Of a DNA stretch of 24,000 nucleotides, positions 14,944 through 22,148 are shown one piece after another. Within the stretch, counting starts at the first letter, position 1. Every line of letters begins with the position of its first letter. The notes under the pieces were generated by a model that had not been told where the DNA came from, did not search any database, and saw only the letters and a list, made by a program, of their open reading frames with translations. Source of the DNA: Caulobacteraceae bacterium (GTDB lineage: Bacteria > Pseudomonadota > Alphaproteobacteria > Caulobacterales > Caulobacteraceae); assembly GCA_036488995.1 (NCBI GenBank), contig DASXGQ010000025.1, forward strand, positions 1 to 24,000, written 5' to 3'. The translations under genes and the position numbers were made by a program.

Positions 14944-17514
14944 ATGGCGTTTCGTCTGTCCATATTCGCCGCCGCGTTCGCGCTGGCTGCGGCCGGCGCC
15001 GCATCGGCCGACAAGGCTCCGTTCGATCTTACCGGGCCGTCCCTCGACATCACCGTCTCGAGGAGCGGAACGGTCCTGCCCATCTCCGCGGTGCCGGATC
15101 TTGCCCCCGGCGACAAGCTCCACATCAAGGCCGAATTGCCGCCGGGACAGGGCGCCCACTACATGCTCGTGACGGCCTTTCTCCGCGGCGCCACCGACCC
15201 TCCGCCGAAGAACTGGTTCTTCGCCGCGAACACCTGGGAGAAGGGTGGCAAGGGCCTTGAACTGACAGTGCCGGCGGGCGCCCAGCAGGCCCTCGTCTTC
15301 CTCGCGCCGCATACGAGCGGTGATTTTTCCACGCTGTCGGGGACGGTGAGGGCGCGCCCCGGCGCCTTCGTACGCGCGGCCCAGGACCTGGAGCAGCTGG
15401 ATCTTGATCGCGCCCGGCTGGAGGCCTTCCTCGCCGCCGTTCGTGAGACCGACCGCACCCACCCCAGCGAGCTTCAGGAGGTCTCGACGCGCCTGGCGCG
15501 GAGTCTCGGTATAAAGATTGACGAGACGTGCTTCGCCAAGTCGGCGAACCTGCAGGCCTCCTGCCTGATGCAGGACCAGGACGTGCAGGTGCTCGACGAT
15601 GGCCACACCTCGTCCCTGGTCCACTCCCTGACCGCCGGAGACACCGGCCAGTTGATCTCACAATTGGGCTACGCGCCGGTGATTGGCGGCGGAATCTATA
15701 GCCCGTATGTGGGCGCTGTGGTCGATATCGTACGGATTCTCGACGGCATTCGAACGGCCCACTTCCAGTACATCCCGGCCCTGGCCCTGGCCTCGGGCGG
15801 ACGTCTCGACCTGCACCTGAACACGCCGCCGTCGTTCGCCGATCCCAAGTCCGTGCTGGTGGTGGCGCTGCCGCCCGTGACGCCCACGGCGACGCCGCCT
15901 CTGCGGGCGTTGGATCCTTCAGCCTCCTACTGCCTCGCCCGGAAGGACCTCGTCCTGCCCGTCCAGGGCGCGCCGCTGGTCTTCGCCACCGACTTCGCCC
16001 ACGACATGACCCTGCGGGTGAAAGCGCGCTCGGGCGAGACTCTCGACATCCCGCTGCGTGCGGACCCGGCGCGCGGCGGCTTCGTCGCCGAAGGCTCGGG
16101 TCTCGACCCCTCGCAGTTCGAGAAGTCCGTGACGGGTGAGCTACACGGACATTGGGGGTTCTCGGGCTTCGATGGCCCGACCTTCCACCTCGAGGCCGCC
16201 GCCGGCGGTGTCTGGCATGTCGCCGATGACGACGCCGACGCCCTCGTGGTGGGGCGCACGGACACACTGCATCTGGTCGGGGGTCCGGCCGACTGCGTCG
16301 AGTCGCTGAAGCTGGAAGCGTCTGGCGCCGAAGAGCCGCTCCCGTTCAAGGTGGCCAGCGCCGACACCTTGACGGTTACTGCGCCCCTGACGGCCACGCC
16401 CCCGGGCGATGCGACAGTCGTCGTGGGCTCGGCCGGCGGGCAGCCCCAGCGAGTCAGCGTCAAGGCCTACGCCCAGGCCGGGCGCCTGGATCGGTTCGTC
16501 TATCACGCCGGCGACAAGAGCGGCGTGCTCGAAGGGGCGCGCCTGGATGAGGTGGCGGGCCTGACCGTGGCCGGGGCGCATTTCTCGCCTGGAATGCTTC
16601 AGGCCAGCAGCGGCGTGGACAGTCTGGAACTCAACGCGCAGGACCCGATGCCCGCGCAGCTGTCGAAGCCCGGGGTCAAGCTGGCCGCGCGGGTGACCCT
16701 CGTCGACGGGCGAACCGAGAAGCTCGAGACCCAGGTCCTGACGGACCGTCCGCAGATCGTCATCTCGGCTCTTACGCTGAAGAACAAGCCGGAAATGGGC
16801 GTGGCGACGTTCGAGCTTGGCGATCCGGGCGAGTTCGCCCGCGGGGCGGTGCTGGCCTTCTCCATCGCCGCGCCCCCGCCTGGGAGCTTCACGCCGCACG
16901 ATACGGCGGAGGCGTCGACCGCAGACGGCTCCTGGTCCACGCGTCTTCAAGGCCCGGACGAGTTCGTTCTCGCCGACTCCCACGCCGCGGTCGCCACGCT
17001 CGACACGGCCAAGGCGTTCGGTCCCTCAGCCTGGGGACCGGTTCGAGTGCGCATCGACAACGACAAGGGCGACAGCGACTGGCAGCCGCTGGGGACCCTC
17101 GTGCGACTGCCAAAGATCGACGGACTCGCCTGCCATGAGGGTTCGACATGCCGCCTCAAGGGCGACGATCTCTTCCTGATCGCCTCGGTGTCGGCCAGCC
17201 CGAAGTTCGAGGATCCGGTGACGGTGCCCAACGGATTTCCGGGCGCCTCGATCGAGGTTCCGCATCCGCATGACGGGCGACTTTACGTCAAGCTGCACGA
17301 CGATCCCGACGTGATCAGCATTATGCGCGTGAAGCTAGGGAGCGCGGGCGTCGCCAAGCGGCGGCCTGCGAGCGGCGGTCCGTCTGGCGCGCCCGAGCCT
17401 GCTCCCTCGGCGCCGAGCCCCGCTCCCTCGGCGTCCGAGCCTGCTCCCTCAGCGCCGAGCCCGGCTCAGTCGTCGTCACCCAGCCCTGGCGCGCCTTCCG
17501 GGCCATCGCCGTAG
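14944..17514 (+). CDS. large secreted/periplasmic protein of unknown function (856 aa) with a Pro/Ser/Ala-rich C-terminal tail
   Basis: This is the real part of the 1255-aa track ORF; the 13747-14943 portion is antisense to the oxidoreductase. ATG 14944 gives the Sec-type signal peptide MAFRLSIFAAAFALAAAGAASA/DKAP. Codon bias is strong throughout. I recognise no family motif. Confidence 0.8.
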   Translation: MAFRLSIFAAAFALAAAGAASADKAPFDLTGPSLDITVSRSGTVLPISAVPDLAPGDKLHIKAELPPGQGAHYMLVTAFLRGATDPPPKNWFFAANTWEKGGKGLELTVPAGAQQALVFLAPHTSGDFSTLSGTVRARPGAFVRAAQDLEQLDLDRARLEAFLAAVRETDRTHPSELQEVSTRLARSLGIKIDETCFAKSANLQASCLMQDQDVQVLDDGHTSSLVHSLTAGDTGQLISQLGYAPVIGGGIYSPYVGAVVDIVRILDGIRTAHFQYIPALALASGGRLDLHLNTPPSFADPKSVLVVALPPVTPTATPPLRALDPSASYCLARKDLVLPVQGAPLVFATDFAHDMTLRVKARSGETLDIPLRADPARGGFVAEGSGLDPSQFEKSVTGELHGHWGFSGFDGPTFHLEAAAGGVWHVADDDADALVVGRTDTLHLVGGPADCVESLKLEASGAEEPLPFKVASADTLTVTAPLTATPPGDATVVVGSAGGQPQRVSVKAYAQAGRLDRFVYHAGDKSGVLEGARLDEVAGLTVAGAHFSPGMLQASSGVDSLELNAQDPMPAQLSKPGVKLAARVTLVDGRTEKLETQVLTDRPQIVISALTLKNKPEMGVATFELGDPGEFARGAVLAFSIAAPPPGSFTPHDTAEASTADGSWSTRLQGPDEFVLADSHAAVATLDTAKAFGPSAWGPVRVRIDNDKGDSDWQPLGTLVRLPKIDGLACHEGSTCRLKGDDLFLIASVSASPKFEDPVTVPNGFPGASIEVPHPHDGRLYVKLHDDPDVISIMRVKLGSAGVAKRRPASGGPSGAPEPAPSAPSPAPSASEPAPSAPSPAQSSSPSPGAPSGPSP
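17401..17463 (+). repeat. imperfect 21-bp tandem repeat x3 inside the 3' end of the large secreted-protein gene
   Basis: Units begin at 17401, 17422 and 17443: GCTCCCTCGGCGCCGAGCCCC / GCTCCCTCGGCGTCCGAGCCT / GCTCCCTCAGCGCCGAGCCCG. They encode APSAPSP / APSASEP / APSAPSP. Confidence 0.8.
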
Positions 17515-17575
17515 CGGTTCTGCTCGCGAGGGGCGAGGCAGGACCGCCGATTGCAGCACGTAGGCGCCTATGATC

Positions 17576-17589
17576 TTGCGATGGATCAA
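17576..17589 (+). promoter_or_regulatory. candidate FNR/FixK-type box upstream of cydD
   Basis: TTGCGATGGATCAA matches TTGAT-N4-ATCAA at 8 of 10 defined positions, and fits TTG(A/C)-N6-(T/G)CAA. Its centre is about 41 bp upstream of ATG 17623. Confidence 0.3.
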
Positions 17590-17622
17590 GCTCATGCGGG
17601 CGGCGCAGGCGCATGTAGTCAT

Positions 17623-19257
17623 ATGCTGAGTACGTCCTCGATCGACCTCCCCCCTCCGGCCCCTCGGGGGCGGGCTTGGCTGGCGGCGGTTGGGCGTCCC
17701 TTCAGTCCCCAGGGGCGCTCGGCCGCCGCTTCGACTGTCTTGGACTCGGTAGCGGCGATCGGATTCGCCGCAGGCATAGCTCTCGCCCTGGGTCGACTCT
17801 CCCACGGCTGGATGGCCGCCGCGCCCTGGGCCCTGCTCGCCGTCGCCAGCGCCGCGGTCCGAGGCGTCCTCGCGCGGGCGGCGATCGGCTTCGCGGCCCG
17901 CCAGGCTGCAGAGGTGAAGCGGTCCGTCCGCAGGCGAGTCTTCACAGCTGCGCTCGCCCGTGAGGGGCGTGAACCCGGATCGCTGGGATCGGCGCTCGCC
18001 CTGGCGGTGGACGGCGTGGAGGCGCTGGAGGGCTGGTATCTCCGCTACGCACCGGCGCGTGCGGCTGCGGTTGTCTCGCCTTTGATCATCATCGCAGCGA
18101 TGGCCGTGGCCAGTCCGCTGTGCGCCCTCATCGTTGCGGCCACCTTTGCGCCCTTCATCATGGCGATGGCGCTCGCCGGCGGCGCGGCCGCCCGCGAGGC
18201 GCGCCGGCAGTTCGACGCCATGTCCCGCCTCTCGGGCCGCTTCGCCGATCGCCTCAGAGCGCTTCCGGCAATCCTCGCCTTCGACGGCGCCGGCCGCATC
18301 GGCGAGGAGTTGCAGGTAGCTTCGGAGGAGCTCGCCGAGCGCACGCTGAAGGTCCTGCGGATCGCCTTCGTGTCTTCCGCATCCCTCGAGTTCTTCGCCG
18401 CCATCAGCGTCGCCCTGGTCGCTGTCTATTGCGGTTTCGGCCTGCTCGGCCTGCTGCCGTTCCGACCGCCCGAGCGGCTTGACCTCGTTCGCGCCATCTT
18501 CGTCCTCGTCCTCGCCCCCGAGGCCTATCTGCCCATGCGGCGCCTGGCCCAGGCCTACCATGAACGGGAGACGGCGGAAGCCGCGGCGGAGGCCGTGCGC
18601 CCGGTGGCGGAAGAGCTTCCTCGCGCTCCCGTCCGCGCGGTCTTGATCAGGCCGCCGGCCGTGCGGTTCGAGGAGGTCGGCGTGGTCTATCCGGGCGCGG
18701 AGGCCGCGGTTCTCGACGGGTTCAGCTTCGACGTCGAGCCCGGCGAATTCGTCGCCCTCGTGGGCCCGAGCGGTTCGGGGAAAACCACGGCCCTGCGCCT
18801 CGCCCTTGGCCTGATCCCACCCTCGATCGGCCGGGTCACGCTCGATGGCGCGGCCCCTGTTCCGGGCGCCGTCGCGTGGGTCGGCCAGAGCCCGGTCGTG
18901 ACGCCGGGTTCCCTGGCCGACAACATCCGTCTGGCCCGCATGGACGCGTCTGACGCGGATGTGGCGCTCGCCGCCGCATCCGCCGGACTCCCCACGAGCG
19001 TCCTGGATCGGCCGATAGATGAACGCGGCGGAGGGCTCAGCGGCGGCGAACGACGGCGCCTCGCGCTCGCGCGCGCCTTCCTGGCGCAGGCGAGCCTGGT
19101 GCTCCTCGACGAGCCGACGGCGGATCTCGACGCGACCTCCGAGGCGGAGGCGATGCAGGCGATCGTCAGGCTTGCGCGAGGACGAACGACCCTGATCGCC
19201 ACCCACAGCGCCGCTGTCGCCGCCATGGCCGACCGTATCGTCCGGCTCGCCGCGTGA
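17623..19257 (+). CDS. cydD: thiol reductant (cysteine/glutathione) ABC exporter subunit CydD
   Basis: CydD-typical LRIAFVSSASLEFFAAISVALVAVYCGF, Walker A GPSGSGKTT, signature LSGGERRRLALARA, Walker B LVLLDEPTADLD. The start is uncertain: TTG 17551, ATG 17581 and ATG 17623 are all in frame. I chose 17623. Confidence 0.88.
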   Translation: MLSTSSIDLPPPAPRGRAWLAAVGRPFSPQGRSAAASTVLDSVAAIGFAAGIALALGRLSHGWMAAAPWALLAVASAAVRGVLARAAIGFAARQAAEVKRSVRRRVFTAALAREGREPGSLGSALALAVDGVEALEGWYLRYAPARAAAVVSPLIIIAAMAVASPLCALIVAATFAPFIMAMALAGGAAAREARRQFDAMSRLSGRFADRLRALPAILAFDGAGRIGEELQVASEELAERTLKVLRIAFVSSASLEFFAAISVALVAVYCGFGLLGLLPFRPPERLDLVRAIFVLVLAPEAYLPMRRLAQAYHERETAEAAAEAVRPVAEELPRAPVRAVLIRPPAVRFEEVGVVYPGAEAAVLDGFSFDVEPGEFVALVGPSGSGKTTALRLALGLIPPSIGRVTLDGAAPVPGAVAWVGQSPVVTPGSLADNIRLARMDASDADVALAAASAGLPTSVLDRPIDERGGGLSGGERRRLALARAFLAQASLVLLDEPTADLDATSEAEAMQAIVRLARGRTTLIATHSAAVAAMADRIVRLAA

Positions 19258-20933
19258 TGGACGCCCTGACCCTCACCGACGAACCTCGCGGCGCGGCGAG
19301 CGGCGTCGAGGGACAACGCCCGCGGATCACGGCGCGCAGGCCCGATCGCCAGGGTTCGCGCCTGGACGCGCTTCTGCGAGCCCAGGTCCGCGCGCGTCGT
19401 AACGACCTGGCGCTCGCCGCCGCCGCGGCCGTCGTGGCGGGCGCCGCCGGAGTCTGCCTGCTGGCGCTCTCCGGATGGTTCGTCACTGCCGCCGGACTGG
19501 CCGGCCTCACCGGAGCGGTGCTGGGTTTCAACTATCTGCTCCCCTCGACCGCGATCCGTCTCGCCGCACTCTCCCGCACGGTCGGGCGCTATGGGGAGCG
19601 TCTGGCCGGCCACGCTGCGGCTCTGCGGGCGCTCGGCCGCGTCCGCGCCGCCCTGTTCATCGGCGTCGCGAGCGCCCCGGCGGCCGAGGCGTTGCAGCTC
19701 TCCACCGGCGAGGGTTGCGCCCGGCTCATCGACGATGTCGACGCCCTCCAGACCCAGTTCGTCCGTCGCCCGGCCCGATGGGGCGTCGCAGCGGCGCTCG
19801 CGGCGGGCCTCGCCCTGGCCGGCCTCGCCGGCTGGCCCTCCGCGCTCATGCTGGCGGCCCTGGCCGCGGTGCAGATCCTCTGTGGCCGGCTCGCCGCCCG
19901 CTCGCTCGCCCGCCGCTGGGGGGAGGAGATCCAGTCCGCTTCGGGTCGCCTCAAGGATGCCTGCGCCGCCCTGTTGGCGGCGGCGCCGGAGATCGCTGCC
20001 TATGGTCTGCAGGACTGGGCGGCCGAGAAGGCGGCAGACAACAGTCGCGCCCTGGGCGAGGCCCGCATGGCTATGCGCCGGGCGGAGGGCTGGCAGGCCT
20101 GCGCCTCGACGGCGCTCTCGGGGGCGGGCGCGGCCCTGGTGCTGCTCTGCGCACACGGCGCGCCGCTCCCCATCGCCTTCCTCGCCGCCCTCGCGGCCCT
20201 GGGCGGGCTCGAGGCCTGCGCCGCCGCCGCGCGCGAAGCCCAGGACGAGCCGGCCTGTCGGGCGGCCCGCCAGCGGCTGGAGCCATGGATCGGCTCGTCG
20301 CTCCCCACGCCTCGGGCGGCAAAGCCGCAGGGGATCTGGTTGAAGGGCAAGGGGACGGAGATCACCCTCGTCCCGGGCGACCGCCTCGTGATCACCGGCC
20401 GTTCGGGGTGCGGCAAGACCAGCCTGCTGGAGCGCCTGCTGGAGCTGCGCGAGCGCCCCCGCGGGGAGGCAGAGATCGGAGGCGTCGACCTGTCTCGCCT
20501 GGCCCAGGGCGAAGGTCGCGGCCAGTTCGCCTATGCGCCCCAGTCGCCGACGCTCCTGGCAGGCACAGTGCGCGAGAACCTCCTCCTGGGTGATCCTTGC
20601 GCTGCAGACACACAGATGTGGGCCGCGCTCGCCGACGCCGCCCTGGAGGCCAGGATCGCGGCTTACCCGGCGGGACTGGACGCGGACATCGGCGAAGCGG
20701 GCGCCTGGCTCTCCGGCGGGGAGCGCAAGCGCCTCTCCCTGGCCCGCGCCTATCTTCGTCACTCGCCCTGGCTGGTCCTCGATGAGCCGACCGAAGGGCT
20801 CGATCGCGCCACCGAGGCGGCAGTCGTCGCACGGCTGGATCAGCGCCTTCGCACCGGCGGTCAGGGCCTGCTGCTGGTCAGCCACCGACCCGCGCCCAGG
20901 ACCCTCTGCAGCCGCGAACTGCCGCTCGACTAA
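19254..20933 (+). CDS. cydC: thiol reductant ABC exporter subunit CydC
   Basis: CydC-typical LSGWFVTAAGLAG...FNYLLPSTAIRLAALSRTVGRYGERLAGHAAALRAL, Walker A GRSGCGKTS, signature LSGGERKRLSLARA, Walker B WLVLDEPTEGLD. GTG 19254 / ATG 19257 overlaps the cydD stop (GTGATGG). Confidence 0.88.
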   Translation: MMDALTLTDEPRGAASGVEGQRPRITARRPDRQGSRLDALLRAQVRARRNDLALAAAAAVVAGAAGVCLLALSGWFVTAAGLAGLTGAVLGFNYLLPSTAIRLAALSRTVGRYGERLAGHAAALRALGRVRAALFIGVASAPAAEALQLSTGEGCARLIDDVDALQTQFVRRPARWGVAAALAAGLALAGLAGWPSALMLAALAAVQILCGRLAARSLARRWGEEIQSASGRLKDACAALLAAAPEIAAYGLQDWAAEKAADNSRALGEARMAMRRAEGWQACASTALSGAGAALVLLCAHGAPLPIAFLAALAALGGLEACAAAAREAQDEPACRAARQRLEPWIGSSLPTPRAAKPQGIWLKGKGTEITLVPGDRLVITGRSGCGKTSLLERLLELRERPRGEAEIGGVDLSRLAQGEGRGQFAYAPQSPTLLAGTVRENLLLGDPCAADTQMWAALADAALEARIAAYPAGLDADIGEAGAWLSGGERKRLSLARAYLRHSPWLVLDEPTEGLDRATEAAVVARLDQRLRTGGQGLLLVSHRPAPRTLCSRELPLD

Positions 20934-21016
20934 TGGAATCGTACGAACTTCGCAAATTGCAATTTTATTGTTTACCGAGGGGGTGGTCGGCGCCATGTTC
21001 TCGTTATGTTCCGTCA

Positions 21017-21205
21017 ATGGCGACGGACGTGCTCGAGTTCATGAGGCGTGTGATGACCTTCGATGGAGAGACCCCTGCGCCCCGCAGCACGATCCGTCTT
21101 CGGCTCGGACGCTGGCTCGAGGCCCGCGGAACCGGCTGGGGCGTGGCCGTGCTGCCGGTGCTTATCCTGGCGCTGGCGTTCCTTGTCCTGTGGCTGCACG
21201 CGTGA
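21017..21205 (+). CDS. small putative membrane protein (62 aa; possibly 90 aa if it starts at ATG 20933, which overlaps the cydC stop)
   Basis: MATDVLEFMRRVMTFDGETPAPRSTIRLRLGRWLEARGTGWGVAVLPVLILALAFLVLWLHA: a basic segment followed by one hydrophobic helix. G/C-ending codons predominate from 21017 onward. No SD is visible. ATG 20933 forms TAATG with the cydC stop, but the 20933-21016 stretch is AT-rich with poor codon bias. Confidence 0.4.
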   Translation: MATDVLEFMRRVMTFDGETPAPRSTIRLRLGRWLEARGTGWGVAVLPVLILALAFLVLWLHA

Positions 21206-21222
21206 GCGCCGTCAGGTGACCT

Positions 21223-21456
21223 CTAGGCCCTCCAGGCTCCCGCGCGCTCGAGCCCGGTGGTGAACCAGGATGCGCCGGGGATCGGCTTGCCAGGCGGGGT
21301 CCAGGCGCCCCCGAACCATGCCGCCACGAGCGCAGCCATGGCGAAGACGATGACCCAGGAGGCGATCGTCGCGCCCATGAAGCTATGGCGCACAAAGGCT
21401 AAAGTCGCCGGGCGCTCGTGAAGAAGCGGGATGGCTGCGGCGGCTCGGTGGACCAT
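21223..21456 (-). CDS. small putative membrane protein (77 aa)
   Basis: GGAG lies 6 nt upstream of ATG 21456 (MVHRAAAAIPLL...). It has one hydrophobic helix (ATIASWVIVFAMAALVAAWFGGAW). GC3 is very high in the distal two-thirds. I recognise no family. Confidence 0.35.
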   Translation of the reverse strand: MVHRAAAAIPLLHERPATLAFVRHSFMGATIASWVIVFAMAALVAAWFGGAWTPPGKPIPGASWFTTGLERAGAWRA

Positions 21457-21593
21457 GGCAGACTCCGACGAATGCGTCCGGAACTTGTCCTGAGCGTACG
21501 AACGGCGCTCGCCTCGGCGCAATGGGGCATTTGCCCGAGCCGACCCTAGGGGTGGGCGCAGGGAAGGGCGGCGTCAAGTGCCGGGCGTCAGAC

Positions 21594-22148
21594 CTAGACG
21601 AGCTGGCCCTGGGCCTCGGGATCGCGGAAGGCGGCGCCCTCGTGGCGAAGAAGCCAGCGCTTGCGGTGAATGCCCCCGCCGTAGCCGGTGAGCGAGCCGT
21701 CGGCGCCGATCACGCGGTGGCACGGCGCGATGAGGCCGATGGGGTTCGCGCCGTTGGCGAGGCCCACGGCGCGAACGGCCTTCGGCTTGCCGATGCGGCG
21801 GGCCAGTTCGGCGTAGCTGATCGTCTCGCCCACCGGGATGTCGCACAGGGCGCGCCAGACCGAGAGCTGGAAGGGCGTGCCGGCGCTCTTCCAAGGCAAC
21901 CCGTCGAGGGCGTCGATCTTGCCATCGAAATAGGCCTTCAGGGCGTCGCGCACCTTCGGCGGCGCCGCCCCGGGCTCCAGCCGCGCGCGTGGGCCGTAGT
22001 AGCGGCCGACGAGCCGGCGCAGGCGATCTTCGTGGTCGGACCAGTCGAAGAATCGCAGGTTCCCCTCCTCGTCGGTGACGACCAGGGCCGTGCCGATCGG
22101 GGTCTCGAACCGGTCGAGGAAAAAGCGTTCAGGCTGCCGCTCGGTCAT
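21594..22148 (-). CDS. ogt: methylated-DNA--protein-cysteine methyltransferase
   Basis: 184 aa starting at the internal ATG 22148 of the 445-aa track ORF. TPFQLSVWRAL..IP.GETISYAELA...AVRAVGLANGANPIGLIAPCHRVIG contains the PCHRV active site. Confidence 0.9.
   Translation of the reverse strand: MTERQPERFFLDRFETPIGTALVVTDEEGNLRFFDWSDHEDRLRRLVGRYYGPRARLEPGAAPPKVRDALKAYFDGKIDALDGLPWKSAGTPFQLSVWRALCDIPVGETISYAELARRIGKPKAVRAVGLANGANPIGLIAPCHRVIGADGSLTGYGGGIHRKRWLLRHEGAAFRDPEAQGQLV

Noticed and set aside
14135-17298. Minus-strand ORFs opposite the oxidoreductase and the large secreted-protein gene (14135-14914, 14830-15624, 15125-16267, 15927-16463, 16141-16983 and others).
   Set aside because: They are extremely Arg/Pro/Gly-rich with no motifs, and they lie opposite ORFs that have strong codon bias.
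17476-21017. Very long minus-strand ORFs (576 aa at 17476-19206; 776 aa at 18687-21017) that might look like a hidden large gene.
   Set aside because: They are antisense to cydD/cydC, which carry unmistakable ABC motifs. Their translations are Arg/Gly/Pro-rich low-complexity sequence typical of shadow ORFs in high-GC DNA.
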